Assembly: GCF_963519265.1 (NCBI RefSeq)
Contig: NZ_CAUQNQ010000003.1
Span: forward strand, 7,642-71,641
DNA: 64,000 bases
Direction: 5' to 3'
Source of the DNA: an uncultured Gemella sp.
Lineage (GTDB): Bacteria > Bacillota > Bacilli > Staphylococcales > Gemellaceae
Shown: piece by piece, positions 19,223 to 28,883 of the stretch
Position numbering within the stretch: the stretch's first letter is position 1
Layout of the letters: each line of letters starts with the position of its first letter
Made by a program: the position numbers and the translations under genes
Notes under the pieces: model-generated
Told to the model about the DNA's origin: nothing
Seen by the model: only the letters and a program-made list of their open reading frames with translations
Database searches by the model: none

Positions 19223-21277
19223 CTACTTAATATTAAAATTCTTAAGTACGATACTAAATGTAGTTAGATTATGTAGTAATGCTAATAAGTTCGATGGTAA
19301 TACATTTATTAACCCTAAGAATATTAGTGAACTATTAATCGATACTGTGCTCTTAACGTTGTTGCTCATTTGCACACGTAGTGTTTTTGAAACATCTGAC
19401 AGTAATAATAGCGAGTTTAGTGAATCTGATTTTAGGACGACATCACTTATTTGTTTCGAAAGATCAGCACTTTCGCTCATAACAATACTTACGTCACTTT
19501 CCGACAGTGCCGCTGAGTCATTTAGACCGTCACCTATCATCAGGACATGTCTTCCTCGTTCTTTTTCGCCCTTAATATACTCAAACTTCGTAACTGGCGT
19601 CATACTTGTATGTACTTCATCAAAAGTTACGTCTTTTAAAATTTTCTTAGTTCTAATTTCGTTATCACCTGTTAACAGAACTACCTTTTTACCTTTATTT
19701 CTAAGCTCAGCTAATACTGTACTTGCCTCATCTCTTAATGGAATATCCACACAGAAAATTGAGATTAATTTTTCTTTATATCCTAAGAATAGTAGGTTAT
19801 ATTGTTCTTGTTTTTCGGATATGATTTGTTCTTGTTCGGCAGTAACAACTACACCTTCGTCTTTTAGCAATTGTCTACTTCCGATAACTACTTTCTCTCC
19901 GTCGATATGAGACACTATCCCTTTTGAAGCGATGTGATATAGTTCTGTGTGCATCTCTTCATGCTCAATCCCATCTTCTTCCGCCTTACTTACTACGGCA
20001 CTAGCAATTGGATGATAGATATGCTCCTCTAAACATGCTCCAATTCTAAGAACTTCTTCATAAGAATATTCATAAAATGGTAGTACTTCTTGAATATATG
20101 GCTTAGATACTGTAATTGTTCCTGTTTTATCAAAAACAAATGTATCTATATCCTCATATTTATCAAGGGTTACTGAATTTTTTACCACAATTTTTTGATC
20201 GATTAGATTTTTTATAGTAGTTAGATATGCTACTGGTGTTGATAATTTCAATGCACATGAGTAGTCTACTAATAGAAACGACATCGCCTTCACGAATGAT
20301 CTTGTAAATAAATACGTTAATCCCATCGCTAGGAAGTTATATTTTACGATGCTGTCGGCTAACTTAATATATTTGTAATGATATGCATCTTCTCTACTTT
20401 CAGAATCTTTCATCAGTTGAATTAAATGATGAATGCGACCATTAACCTGTGGATTTTCAACTTTTAGCTTAATCTCACCATTAACAACTATCGTATTAGA
20501 ATAAACATTATCTCCGATATTCTTCACAACAGGGAAACTTTCACCTGTCAATGAACTTTCATCAACACTAGCTCCCTCACTCATCACAATACCATCAAAA
20601 AGAATTTCATTTCCTTCTGAAACTAGAATTATATCGCCTTTTTTCACCTCTGCACAAGTTATTTTTCTATTACCATCTTCTTCAACAAGCCAAATTTCTT
20701 TATCCATAGAAGTTAAACTTTGTTCTAGTACTTTTACAGATTTTTTCTCAGACCAGTTGTTTAAAGCTTCTCCTAATTCTAAGATGAACATAATAGAACT
20801 TGCTGTTTCACGAGCTCCCGTCGCCAATGACACAAGAATCGCTGCAGAATCAAGTGTTTCCATAGTAAGTTGCTTGCGTGATAGTAATTTCAGCGTATCT
20901 TTTAAATACCCTGATGCTTTCCACCATGTGTGAATAGCTCTAAATGGAAGTGGCACGAATAGCTTAGACATCGCACGCCAAAACACGGCATTCATAATAA
21001 TTGAATAAGGACTTTCTTCAGCTACTGCAACCGGATTCTCATAACAGTCCTTAACTCTTTCTTTATTTACTAATTTAAAAAATTCTCGCAAACAACTGTT
21101 GCAACCATCTTTAAATATAACAACAAAAGTGTACTCATCTTGATAAAAGTCCACTTTTTGTATATTTTCGATTTTTGATGCCTGTTCTTTAAAATATACT
21201 TTTACATCTGGTGTTAAGCGAAAATTAACTCTAACCCTCGCTCTTGCACTTGAAAGATGTAGTATTTTGAAATCCAT
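19223..21277 (-). CDS. Heavy-metal translocating P1B-type ATPase
   Basis: TGES, DYSCALKLSTP, DKTGT, HP, TGDN, GDGLND. Confidence 0.92.
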   Translation of the reverse strand: MDFKILHLSSARARVRVNFRLTPDVKVYFKEQASKIENIQKVDFYQDEYTFVVIFKDGCNSCLREFFKLVNKERVKDCYENPVAVAEESPYSIIMNAVFWRAMSKLFVPLPFRAIHTWWKASGYLKDTLKLLSRKQLTMETLDSAAILVSLATGARETASSIMFILELGEALNNWSEKKSVKVLEQSLTSMDKEIWLVEEDGNRKITCAEVKKGDIILVSEGNEILFDGIVMSEGASVDESSLTGESFPVVKNIGDNVYSNTIVVNGEIKLKVENPQVNGRIHHLIQLMKDSESREDAYHYKYIKLADSIVKYNFLAMGLTYLFTRSFVKAMSFLLVDYSCALKLSTPVAYLTTIKNLIDQKIVVKNSVTLDKYEDIDTFVFDKTGTITVSKPYIQEVLPFYEYSYEEVLRIGACLEEHIYHPIASAVVSKAEEDGIEHEEMHTELYHIASKGIVSHIDGEKVVIGSRQLLKDEGVVVTAEQEQIISEKQEQYNLLFLGYKEKLISIFCVDIPLRDEASTVLAELRNKGKKVVLLTGDNEIRTKKILKDVTFDEVHTSMTPVTKFEYIKGEKERGRHVLMIGDGLNDSAALSESDVSIVMSESADLSKQISDVVLKSDSLNSLLLLSDVSKTLRVQMSNNVKSTVSINSSLIFLGLINVLPSNLLALLHNLTTFSIVLKNFNIK

Positions 21278-21278
21278 C

Positions 21279-21560
21279 TTATTTTTCCTCTAATTCTTGA
21301 AGATTGCTTTCTCTTTTTTCTTTTTCGTATAAGTCTTTAGCATCCGCTACAACATCGTCAGCATGTTGCTTGATATTTGATACTGTTCCTTCTACTCCAT
21401 CTTTTGCCTTATATAATTTTGATAAAACAACTGAGTACCCTTTCTTCGCATCTTTACTTGATAAAAGTTTAAGACCGAAAGTCCCAAATGCTACTCCTCC
21501 TGCAAATACTCCTGGTGTTTTAAGTGCTGCTTTAGCGACTTTTAATACTTTAATTGACAT
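21279..21560 (-). CDS. Small partner protein of the P1B ATPase (DUF6110/DUF1490-like)
   Basis: True start probably ATG 21560 (MSIKVLK) after AAGGAGG; glycine-rich hydrophobic stretch then amphipathic helix; stop abuts ATPase start. Confidence 0.65.
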   Translation of the reverse strand: MSIKVLKVAKAALKTPGVFAGGVAFGTFGLKLLSSKDAKKGYSVVLSKLYKAKDGVEGTVSNIKQHADDVVADAKDLYEKEKRESNLQELEEK

Positions 21561-22295
21561 ATTTATTTCCTCCTTATAATACTTTATTATAATCATATTA
21601 TATCATTTTACAATATATATGTAAATCCTAATATATCAAGCATAAAACTATTTTAATTAAGTTTTATAAAACTTTTTATCTCAAAAAATATTCTTACTTT
21701 TCTCAGTCTTGTATAGACATAAATTTAATGCTATATTTGGATTTTATTTTTTATTAAAACCTTATTATGTCAAAGCTTAATAGCAAATATCATCTATACT
21801 TTTCTATAATTTAACTCTAAAAATACCATAGCTCATAAATCTTCGTAAGGGAAACTTAAATTCCCAAGGAAATATTTCTTCTCTTTACTGTAGTGAACAA
21901 CCTTGTTTATTAATATAAGATTTATCATAATTTTTTATAATTCACTCCATTCCCAGTCGTACCATACTGCATATTTGAATAATGAATCGATAATATGTAG
22001 ATAAATATTTTTATCAACTCAAACCTTAATTTATGTTATAATAACAATGTTGAAGAAAGTGAGGCACTTGAGACAATCAAGACACTTTTGTATTAAAGAA
22101 AACATACAAAAATGAAAAAAAGTGATTTGTACTAGATGAAGTTATTAATTTTTAAAAAAATTATTTGTACTGGATTTACATATTGCTTTTGAATCGAAAC
22201 ATATTATTAAGAATTCGAAACAGTGATCCGTACTAGGTTTACGCACTACTTTTGAATAAAAAAACTCAATTAAATCGATAAATAAGGAGCACATT

Positions 22296-23225
22296 ATGAT
22301 TTATATTATTGGACTTGGACCTAATGATAGTTCAAACATTAAGGAAAATATCAAACAACTATTACTAGATAACACTAATGCAAAGGTTATCGCTCGTACT
22401 AAAGAGCACCCTGCGATTTCTTTCTTGGAGGAAAATAATATCGTATTTGAAACTTGTGACAGGTTTTATACAGAAAGTGAAAATTTCGAAAATACATATA
22501 ACGGTATTGCGAATTATATTCTTGAAGTTGCTGAGGCTAACGATGTAATGTATCTCGTTCCTGGGCATCCTATGGTCGCTGAGCTGACTACTCAACTGCT
22601 TATAAACAGCGGTAAAGACGTAAAAATCGTTGGTGGTGAGAGCTTTTTAGATTCTTGTTTTAACGCAGCGAAGTTCGATCCTGTAGAGGGATTCTCTCTT
22701 GTTGATGCCACTGCGCTTGAGACGTTAAGACAGGTTAACCCACTACAACACCTACTTATCACTCAATGCTATGATGATTTAACTGCGGCTAATGTCTCTG
22801 ACGAACTTATGTCGTTCTATCCTTATGATCATGAGGTTACAGTTATTGAGCAAGCCGGTGCAGAAGATGAGAAAATTTACACTGCTCCTCTACATGAACT
22901 TTCAGCTGCAGTTGGTGAGGACGTAAATAACCTACGTGCTTTATATATCGCACCGTTAAAAGATGGACTTAGCTTTAATATCAAAGACTACACTAAAGAA
23001 TTTGATGAAAATGATGAAACTACAGAAGCTGATTTAGTAGAAAAATTAGAAAAACTTGTCGCAGGTCTTAAAGAAAATTTAAATCGAGAAGAAGACTATA
23101 CAAGTGATAATTCGAAACTATTAGCTGAGATTATTAACACGTCACTTGACTTTACAATAGCTAGCGATAACTATTACGAACTTAGTGACATTCTTTCTGA
23201 AATGAAAGCAGACAGAAAAAAATAA
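22296..23225 (+). CDS. Tetrapyrrole methylase-domain protein (YabN-like, degenerate MazG part)
   Basis: IYIIGLGP, RTKEHP, YLVPGHPMVAE, GGESFLD..FDPVEG, ITQCYD. Confidence 0.8.
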   Translation: MIYIIGLGPNDSSNIKENIKQLLLDNTNAKVIARTKEHPAISFLEENNIVFETCDRFYTESENFENTYNGIANYILEVAEANDVMYLVPGHPMVAELTTQLLINSGKDVKIVGGESFLDSCFNAAKFDPVEGFSLVDATALETLRQVNPLQHLLITQCYDDLTAANVSDELMSFYPYDHEVTVIEQAGAEDEKIYTAPLHELSAAVGEDVNNLRALYIAPLKDGLSFNIKDYTKEFDENDETTEADLVEKLEKLVAGLKENLNREEDYTSDNSKLLAEIINTSLDFTIASDNYYELSDILSEMKADRKK

Positions 23226-23246
23226 TTTTATAATAAGGATAATAAT

Positions 23247-23816
23247 ATGGATAAGGTATTAGCTTTTAGCAAAAAATTATTAAAAGAAGTTATTGATAAA
23301 AATTCAGTCGTCGTTGATGCTACAGCTGGAAATGGAAATGATACATTGTTTCTAGCGAAGACTTCAGCTAAAAAAGTCTATGCATTTGATATCCAAGAAT
23401 TAGCAATAAAAAATACTACGAGTCTAATCGAAGAAGCTGAGCTATCAGATAAATGCGAGGTTATTCTTGATTCGCACTTTGAATTTAATAAGTATATAGA
23501 TGAAAAAATTCGTGCAGTTATCTTTAATCTGGGATACCTACCGAATGCAGATCACGAGATTACTACACTAGCTGAGACGACACTTGCGACGATTAAAAAG
23601 TTCTTATTACACTTAGAAGTTGGTGGAAGAATCGTTATTGTTGTCTATTGGGGACATGAGAATGGTAAGGTAGAAAAGGAAGCATTGTTAAATGAACTTC
23701 AAAATCTCGACCAAAAAGAAGCTGAAGTATTGGTTTATCAATTTATAAATCAGAAAAACAACGCACCATTTATTATTGCGATTGAAAAGAGAAAGGAAAT
23801 TTCATGCGAGAAATAG
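23247..23816 (+). CDS. Class I SAM-dependent methyltransferase, YtqB/MnmM-like
   Basis: VDATAGNGNDT, FDIQ, DSH, FNLGYLP, YWGH. Confidence 0.85.
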   Translation: MDKVLAFSKKLLKEVIDKNSVVVDATAGNGNDTLFLAKTSAKKVYAFDIQELAIKNTTSLIEEAELSDKCEVILDSHFEFNKYIDEKIRAVIFNLGYLPNADHEITTLAETTLATIKKFLLHLEVGGRIVIVVYWGHENGKVEKEALLNELQNLDQKEAEVLVYQFINQKNNAPFIIAIEKRKEISCEK

Positions 23817-24376
23817 AAATAGAATTTAAAAACTTACTTACAAAAGATCAATATGCGTCACTATTTGAAAAATATGACTTAAAGAATTCTGAAAAAATAA
23901 TAAACAAAAATTTCTACTATGATGATGCAGATGAAAGTTTCAAGAAAATCGGAGCAGCACTAAGAATTCGTTATACAAATAAAAAAACAGAGATGACTCT
24001 AAAGGTAAAAGGTGAAACTCAAAATGTTGAGATAAACGTACCTCTTGATGAAAAATATCCAAAAGAGCCAACGGTACTGCCAATTTTGCCGAATGAAATT
24101 ATCGCTGAGCTAGAGCGAATGAACGTGAAGATTAAAACTCCAATGCTGATTCAAAAAATCGAGACGTTAAGACACGAAGTTACTTTAGAAGAAGGCTTAT
24201 TGGTACTTGATGAGACAACATTTATCAATGATATCGTCGATTATGAATTAGAATTCGAGACAAAAGATTACGAAACAGGAGTAGTCGCATTCGAGAAATT
24301 ATTAGAAGAAAACAATATAGACAAAAATCCTGCTAAACCAAAAATAGCAAGAGCTGTTGAGTATTCAAAAAGATAA
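23804..24376 (+). CDS. CYTH domain protein (YjbK-like)
   Basis: EIEIEFK N-terminal ExExK, ALRIR, DYELEFE, KIARA. Confidence 0.88.
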   Translation: MREIEIEFKNLLTKDQYASLFEKYDLKNSEKIINKNFYYDDADESFKKIGAALRIRYTNKKTEMTLKVKGETQNVEINVPLDEKYPKEPTVLPILPNEIIAELERMNVKIKTPMLIQKIETLRHEVTLEEGLLVLDETTFINDIVDYELEFETKDYETGVVAFEKLLEENNIDKNPAKPKIARAVEYSKR

Positions 24377-24401
24377 AACTAAATAAAGATTTAAGAAACA
24401 G

Positions 24402-24616
24402 CGCTCTGTCAACTTCGGGGCATGGGAGAAATCATACTAGAAGGTATGGGCTCAAAAGTCCTAAATTTTAACAAAGTGTATATGAAAACTCATAAACGCA
24501 GTGGTTTATTGACATCTAAATTCGCTTTATAAAAGCTTTTTAGATGTCTAATAAACTTTGCGGGGGTGACTCGACAAAATCGATTTCTTAAAAATCACAA
24601 TTTTTGAGTCACTCCC
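24402..24616 (-). repeat. Dispersed MITE-like intergenic repeat, full copy with ISL3-like end
   Basis: Reverse complement matches the 59935-60107 copy (GGGAGTGACTCAAAAAT..AAATCGATTTTGTCGAGTC..CCCCGCA); left end resembles 29684-29719. Confidence 0.8.
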
Positions 24617-24757
24617 TTTTTCACCTATCATATGCAATTTAGGATAATTCGACAAAATCGATTTCTCTGAAATGACGATTTTCGAGTTATTTCCTGACAT
24701 AGTAGTTTTTTATTATAACTTATTAGGGGCGTGAGGTGGCACTCGCACCCTAATTTC

Positions 24758-24994
24758 AAAATGGAAATTTTGACTGTTTTTTCCATTTTGAACTCTTTTT
24801 TTCTTCCCAAATTGGAAATTTTACCCGTTTTTTCCATTTTGAACTCTCTTTTTCTTCCAAAAATGGAAATTTTACCCGTTTTTTCCATTTTGAGCTCTCT
24901 TTTTCTTCCAAAAATGGAAATTTTGACTATTTTTTCCATTTTGGGCTCTCTTTTTCTTCTTAAAATGGAAATTTCGACTATTTTTTCCATTTTG
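24758..24994. repeat. Tandem array, 51-bp period, 5 hairpin units (last partial)
   Basis: Units start at 24758, 24809, 24860, 24911, 24962; each AAAATGGAAA-N12-TTTCCATTTT plus a pyrimidine-rich linker. Confidence 0.92.
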
Positions 24995-25186
24995 CTTAAT
25001 AAAAAATCTAGGAAACTATGAGATGACTCGATAAAATCGGTTTTGAAGTCACTCACTCTTCCCAGATTTTTTATATATACAACTATTTAGAAAATCGAAC
25101 TCTTATATCTATTTACTTTCATGTATAAACATAAGTCAAAAGGTTTCTGTTTTTTGTATATATATGTCTCGAAAAATAAATCTAGT

Positions 25187-26218
25187 TTATTCTTCTTTGA
25201 ACTTCACACCATTATCTTTCAGTTTTTTGATAATACCTACTCCAATACCATCTAGTTTTTTCAGTTCCTTTTCTGTATAACATTCGATAATTTCTTTATT
25301 ATACAATTCTGCATCGATAATCTTGTTCAATTGTTTTTCCATACCTTTGAAGACAGGATCTTCTTTCATATCTTCTTTGGACACAGACTTACGTCCTTCA
25401 ACAATCAGGCTTTGTTTTTTCTCTATATCTTCTCTATAGAATTTCTCTAATAATTCGTAATGATATTTATTAGTCAAATATTCTTTAGCAATGCCCACTG
25501 AGAATTGCATTTCAAAATATTTTTCCTTATTAGCACCTTTCACATTACCTGGATTTCCTTCTAAATAATCTAGAACTTTATTGAATCCGCCTTTAAAAAT
25601 ATCACCCGTGCACTTATTAAGTTTTTTAAGTTTAGTCATATAATAATGTGCTTCATCAAATCTTTCTTGATTTATGCTAAAGATACTTAACAATAGCAAT
25701 GTCGCTTCTGAATCTTCATAGTCAAAACAATCAATATGATCCATCAATAAACTTTCTCTATCTAGGCGAACATACATAAGTGTCAAGAGATCTATCACCT
25801 CATGGAAATCACTTGGATTCGCCATCAACATAAGTTCATATAGTTTCGCGGCTTCTTCATTCATACCAGCCTTACTATAATATTCAGCCAGAACATCCGC
25901 TATTATCATCTGTTCAGCATCTTCATCATTATCTGAGTACATGATATCCTCTTCCAACTCTACAGCCCTTTCTAGAGCATCTTTATTTTCCTCATGAAGT
26001 TCACGTAAGGCGCTAATTTTATCAACGACACTCATATTCCCTTCATCTATCGCATCAACAAGATCGCTAAGAGAAGCATCTATCTCATAACCTTCGTCGA
26101 CTAAATTGTAAATACGTTCAAATACCTCGGTAGCCTCTTCCTTACTAGAAAAATGCTTCCCTTCAGTTTTCAAAAACTCTTTAAGCAATATTTCGAATTC
26201 TCTATCATGTTTTACCAT
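25187..26218 (-). CDS. Acidic helical (TPR-like) protein with C-terminal helix-hairpin-helix
   Basis: C-terminus TEKELKKLDGIGVGIIKKLKDNGVKF. Confidence 0.65.
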   Translation of the reverse strand: MVKHDREFEILLKEFLKTEGKHFSSKEEATEVFERIYNLVDEGYEIDASLSDLVDAIDEGNMSVVDKISALRELHEENKDALERAVELEEDIMYSDNDEDAEQMIIADVLAEYYSKAGMNEEAAKLYELMLMANPSDFHEVIDLLTLMYVRLDRESLLMDHIDCFDYEDSEATLLLLSIFSINQERFDEAHYYMTKLKKLNKCTGDIFKGGFNKVLDYLEGNPGNVKGANKEKYFEMQFSVGIAKEYLTNKYHYELLEKFYREDIEKKQSLIVEGRKSVSKEDMKEDPVFKGMEKQLNKIIDAELYNKEIIECYTEKELKKLDGIGVGIIKKLKDNGVKFKEE

Positions 26219-27363
26219 AAGTCATCCTCCATAAGATCCATCTGGATATCAAACTCACTATCATCAGCGAACATTACACCGTTTAAATGTAGGTTTTTGA
26301 TAGTCCCCTTACCTAAACCTTTTATTTTAAGAAATTCTGACTTCGTAATCTTCAAGAAATCCTCTTTTGTTAATAAAAAGTTCTCATGCATAATTTTTAA
26401 TTCCGTATCTCTAATTGCCATAAACGATTTATCTCGTTTCATATCAGCAACCGTTATTTCCTTGCGGTCGGCATACTTATCTAATTCATCTCCAATTACA
26501 TATTCACTTTCTCTCACATGCATAAGGAAGTCGAAATAATACTCTCTATTTATAAAATAATCAAATTTCATAACCGTATTAAGAGCATCTAGATACTTAC
26601 AATCATCATCCGTGCTAAATTCAATCAGCTTAGGATTAGCAATTCTATCTAATACATCCGAAATGTATTTATTATTTTTTATCAATTTATTATAGAATGC
26701 AACTGCCTCTTTCTCCTCACCTTGCATCAAGTGATAGAAAACTTTTGATAATAAAATTACATCATCATTTTTACCACGTTTATTCATAAGTTTATAGTAA
26801 TGGTTAAGCATTGTGAAATCATTTAATATAAGACTAGCCACGATAAAATTATGATACATCGGCACTAAAACTTCATCAGCCATATCTAAAGCCATATAAA
26901 AAGGTTTATATGCATCCCAAACTTTATTGTAGAGCTTATTACCTAAATAAAATTCCGCAAGGTGGTGGCAAACTATTAGATGAAGATAGTTAATCGGAAA
27001 TAGTTTACCCTCGACATAACCTTCTTCAAAGGTGTATACTTCATCTTTTAGGCGTAGTAATGCTAATTCTATTTCATATTCTGTACAATCTTTACTAACA
27101 ATTTTCCAGACTCTAGCATCCACATTATACTTAGATAAAGCTATTGCATCTTCAATATAAATCGCATATTTAGAATCATCAATATTCTCAATAAACTCCG
27201 CAAAAAGCCTCATCGATTCTTTAAAATCAGATTCAATCTCTTTAGAAGTAAATCTAATCTTACCATAACCTTGATTAAGTTTAAAGTCTCTAGATGTTTT
27301 ATTCCTAATTCCTGTATATCCTTTTTTATTAACAGGAAATTTTATAATTTTTTTATTATTCAT
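26212..27363 (-). CDS. Helical protein with C-terminal helix-hairpin-helix, paralogue-like to the downstream gene
   Basis: C-terminus TKSEFLKIKGLGKGTIKNLHLNGVMF; RBS AGGAGG; overlaps next gene. Confidence 0.65.
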   Translation of the reverse strand: MNNKKIIKFPVNKKGYTGIRNKTSRDFKLNQGYGKIRFTSKEIESDFKESMRLFAEFIENIDDSKYAIYIEDAIALSKYNVDARVWKIVSKDCTEYEIELALLRLKDEVYTFEEGYVEGKLFPINYLHLIVCHHLAEFYLGNKLYNKVWDAYKPFYMALDMADEVLVPMYHNFIVASLILNDFTMLNHYYKLMNKRGKNDDVILLSKVFYHLMQGEEKEAVAFYNKLIKNNKYISDVLDRIANPKLIEFSTDDDCKYLDALNTVMKFDYFINREYYFDFLMHVRESEYVIGDELDKYADRKEITVADMKRDKSFMAIRDTELKIMHENFLLTKEDFLKITKSEFLKIKGLGKGTIKNLHLNGVMFADDSEFDIQMDLMEDDLW

Positions 27364-27700
27364 GTCTGCCCCTCCTTTTATCTTTATAATAAATATACAA
27401 AATTTACAGCGATTTTATCAATCCTCTTATATATGAAAATCTTTATAAAATTCACTCTTCCTTCAACTTTATTCTACACCAAATTTCAATATAATACAAA
27501 CTTAACAATCAGCAAATCGCCAAATATGAAGAATAAAAAATAATTTATGGTAGTTAACAGAAATAAAAAAACTTATCTCATACTTAATAAGATAAGATTC
27601 TTTATAACTTGACATAGTGACCTATAATGATAAAACAAGGGAAGTAGATAGCCATTTTAGCTCACGACGCACATACTTCACTTGTGTGTAAATATTAGTA

Positions 27701-27766
27701 TAAAAAGCCAATTGAACTGAATCTTCAATTGGCTTTCGTGGTGGAATTTGATAGACATCATTCACT
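27701..27766 (-). ncRNA. Putative antisense antitoxin RNA, module A
   Basis: Terminator AAAAAGCCAATTGAA-ctgaatc-TTCAATTGGCTTT (27702-27736) followed by GTGGTGGAATTTGATAGACAT, which matches the toxin A start region. Confidence 0.55.
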
Positions 27767-27865
27767 TCTTATAGTCTATCCCATGTTTTAGCTATTGACC
27801 CAGCGTAAATCATCTTCACTTATGTCTAATATCAATTGATACCTTGCCCGAAAGGAGGTGGTTGA

Positions 27866-27916
27866 ATGGAGATAGACATTACCCAAATTCTTGTTAATTA
27901 TTATCAGAAATACTAA
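27866..27916 (+). pseudogene. Frameshifted type I toxin, module A
   Basis: AAAGGAGGTG RBS, MEIDITQILVN then a 1-nt loss relative to module C; the shifted frame continues LLSEILILI. Confidence 0.65.
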
Positions 27917-28234
27917 TCCTAATATATAATATTATCCTCTTAATTTATATCAACTTACTTTTAGACACAGCTCATAAATTCCACTCTATACGTGATTTCC
28001 ACCACTAATCTGATTAAAATCAAAATTAGAGCTTATATTAAAAAGTATTATTACTTCCTATTCACTTGTCTATACTTTATCATATCTTTCTATATCATGT
28101 CAAACAACTTTCATTTAAAATCACTATTCTTTTTTTCTTGATAACTACCTTTTTTATTTTCCGTTTACATAATCTTAAAAATGCAATTTTAATCTCAACA
28201 TCAATAAGAAAACCTTTTCTAACATGACTTCTAG

Positions 28235-28243
28235 TGCTATAAT
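28235..28243 (+). promoter_or_regulatory. Extended -10 promoter of toxin B
   Basis: TGcTATAAT, conserved in module C at 28680-28688. Confidence 0.7.
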
Positions 28244-28279
28244 AAAGTTAGGCTACTAGCTCCAAAAGGAGGTGGTTGC

Positions 28280-28387
28280 ATGTACGATATAATCGTTCAA
28301 ATTCTTGTTGGACTATTTATAGGAATTATTCTCCTATTTATAGAATATTTTTATTTCCTAAATGATAAAAACAACAAGAAAAGGTAG
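28280..28387 (+). CDS. 35-aa type I toxin-like membrane peptide, module B
   Basis: AAAGGAGGTG RBS; MYDIIVQILVGLFIGIILLFIEYFYFLNDKNNKKR*: one TM helix plus charged tail. Confidence 0.85.
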   Translation: MYDIIVQILVGLFIGIILLFIEYFYFLNDKNNKKR

Positions 28388-28466
28388 CCCTATTTAGGCA
28401 CGACGTACATGTTATTCACTCATGTATGAATATCTATTCTCATACTAAGTAGTATGTTAATACATA

Positions 28467-28538
28467 TAAAAAAGCAACTGAATGGCGTTTCAGTTGCTTT
28501 TCGTGGTCTCATGTGAATATAATCGTCCAATTCACTTA
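28467..28538 (-). ncRNA. Putative antisense antitoxin RNA, module B (about 70 nt)
   Basis: Minus-strand TTGACA (28573-28568)-18 bp-TAGAAT (28549-28544); ends at bidirectional terminator 28468-28501; carries a copy of the toxin B start region. Confidence 0.75.
28468..28501. terminator. Bidirectional terminator, module B
   Basis: AAAAAAGCAACTGAA-tggcgt-TTCAGTTGCTTTT. Confidence 0.85.
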
Positions 28539-28724
28539 TATATATTCTACCACATACCTTTTCTTGTTGTCAATTAATTCGAAGGCATATCCTCTATCCC
28601 TTCTCCTATTTACATAATCTTAAAAATCTAACTTTAGTTTTAACATTAATAAGAAAACCTTTTCTAAAATAATTTCTAGTGCTATAATAAAGGTAGGCTA
28701 CTGCCCCGGAAGGGAGGTGTTGGT

Positions 28725-28826
28725 ATGAATACTAGCATTTCACAAATTCTTGTGAATCTATTATCCGGAGTTATTCTTCTGATAATAGAATATTATTTCC
28801 TAAAAGATAACAACAAGAAAAAGTAG
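28725..28826 (+). CDS. 33-aa type I toxin-like membrane peptide, module C
   Basis: GGGAGGTG RBS; MNTSISQILVNLLSGVILLIIEYYFLKDNNKKK*; paralogue of module B. Confidence 0.85.
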   Translation: MNTSISQILVNLLSGVILLIIEYYFLKDNNKKK

Positions 28827-28883
28827 CCATTTTAGGACACGATGCATACTCTTCACTTTGTATGTGAATATTAAATATTAATA

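Noticed and set aside
19347..19910. 187-aa plus-strand ORF and the other short ORFs overlapping known genes (e.g. 3531, 14982, 21304, 26153, 55538, 55792, 60058, 63692)
   Set aside because: Antisense or out-of-frame shadows of well-supported genes
21805..22000. Possible minus-strand gene remnant (IIDSLFKYAVWYDWEWSEL, EEIFPWEFKFPLRRF)
   Set aside because: Short fragments in different frames that I cannot assign to a family without a search
24758..24994. CRISPR array
   Set aside because: The segments between the palindromes are near-identical rather than unique spacers, and no cas genes are in the window
24628..25056. 142-aa (-) and 96-aa (+) repeat ORFs
   Set aside because: Both are by-products of a 51-bp (multiple of 3) repeat and overlap dispersed repeat fragments; no convincing RBS
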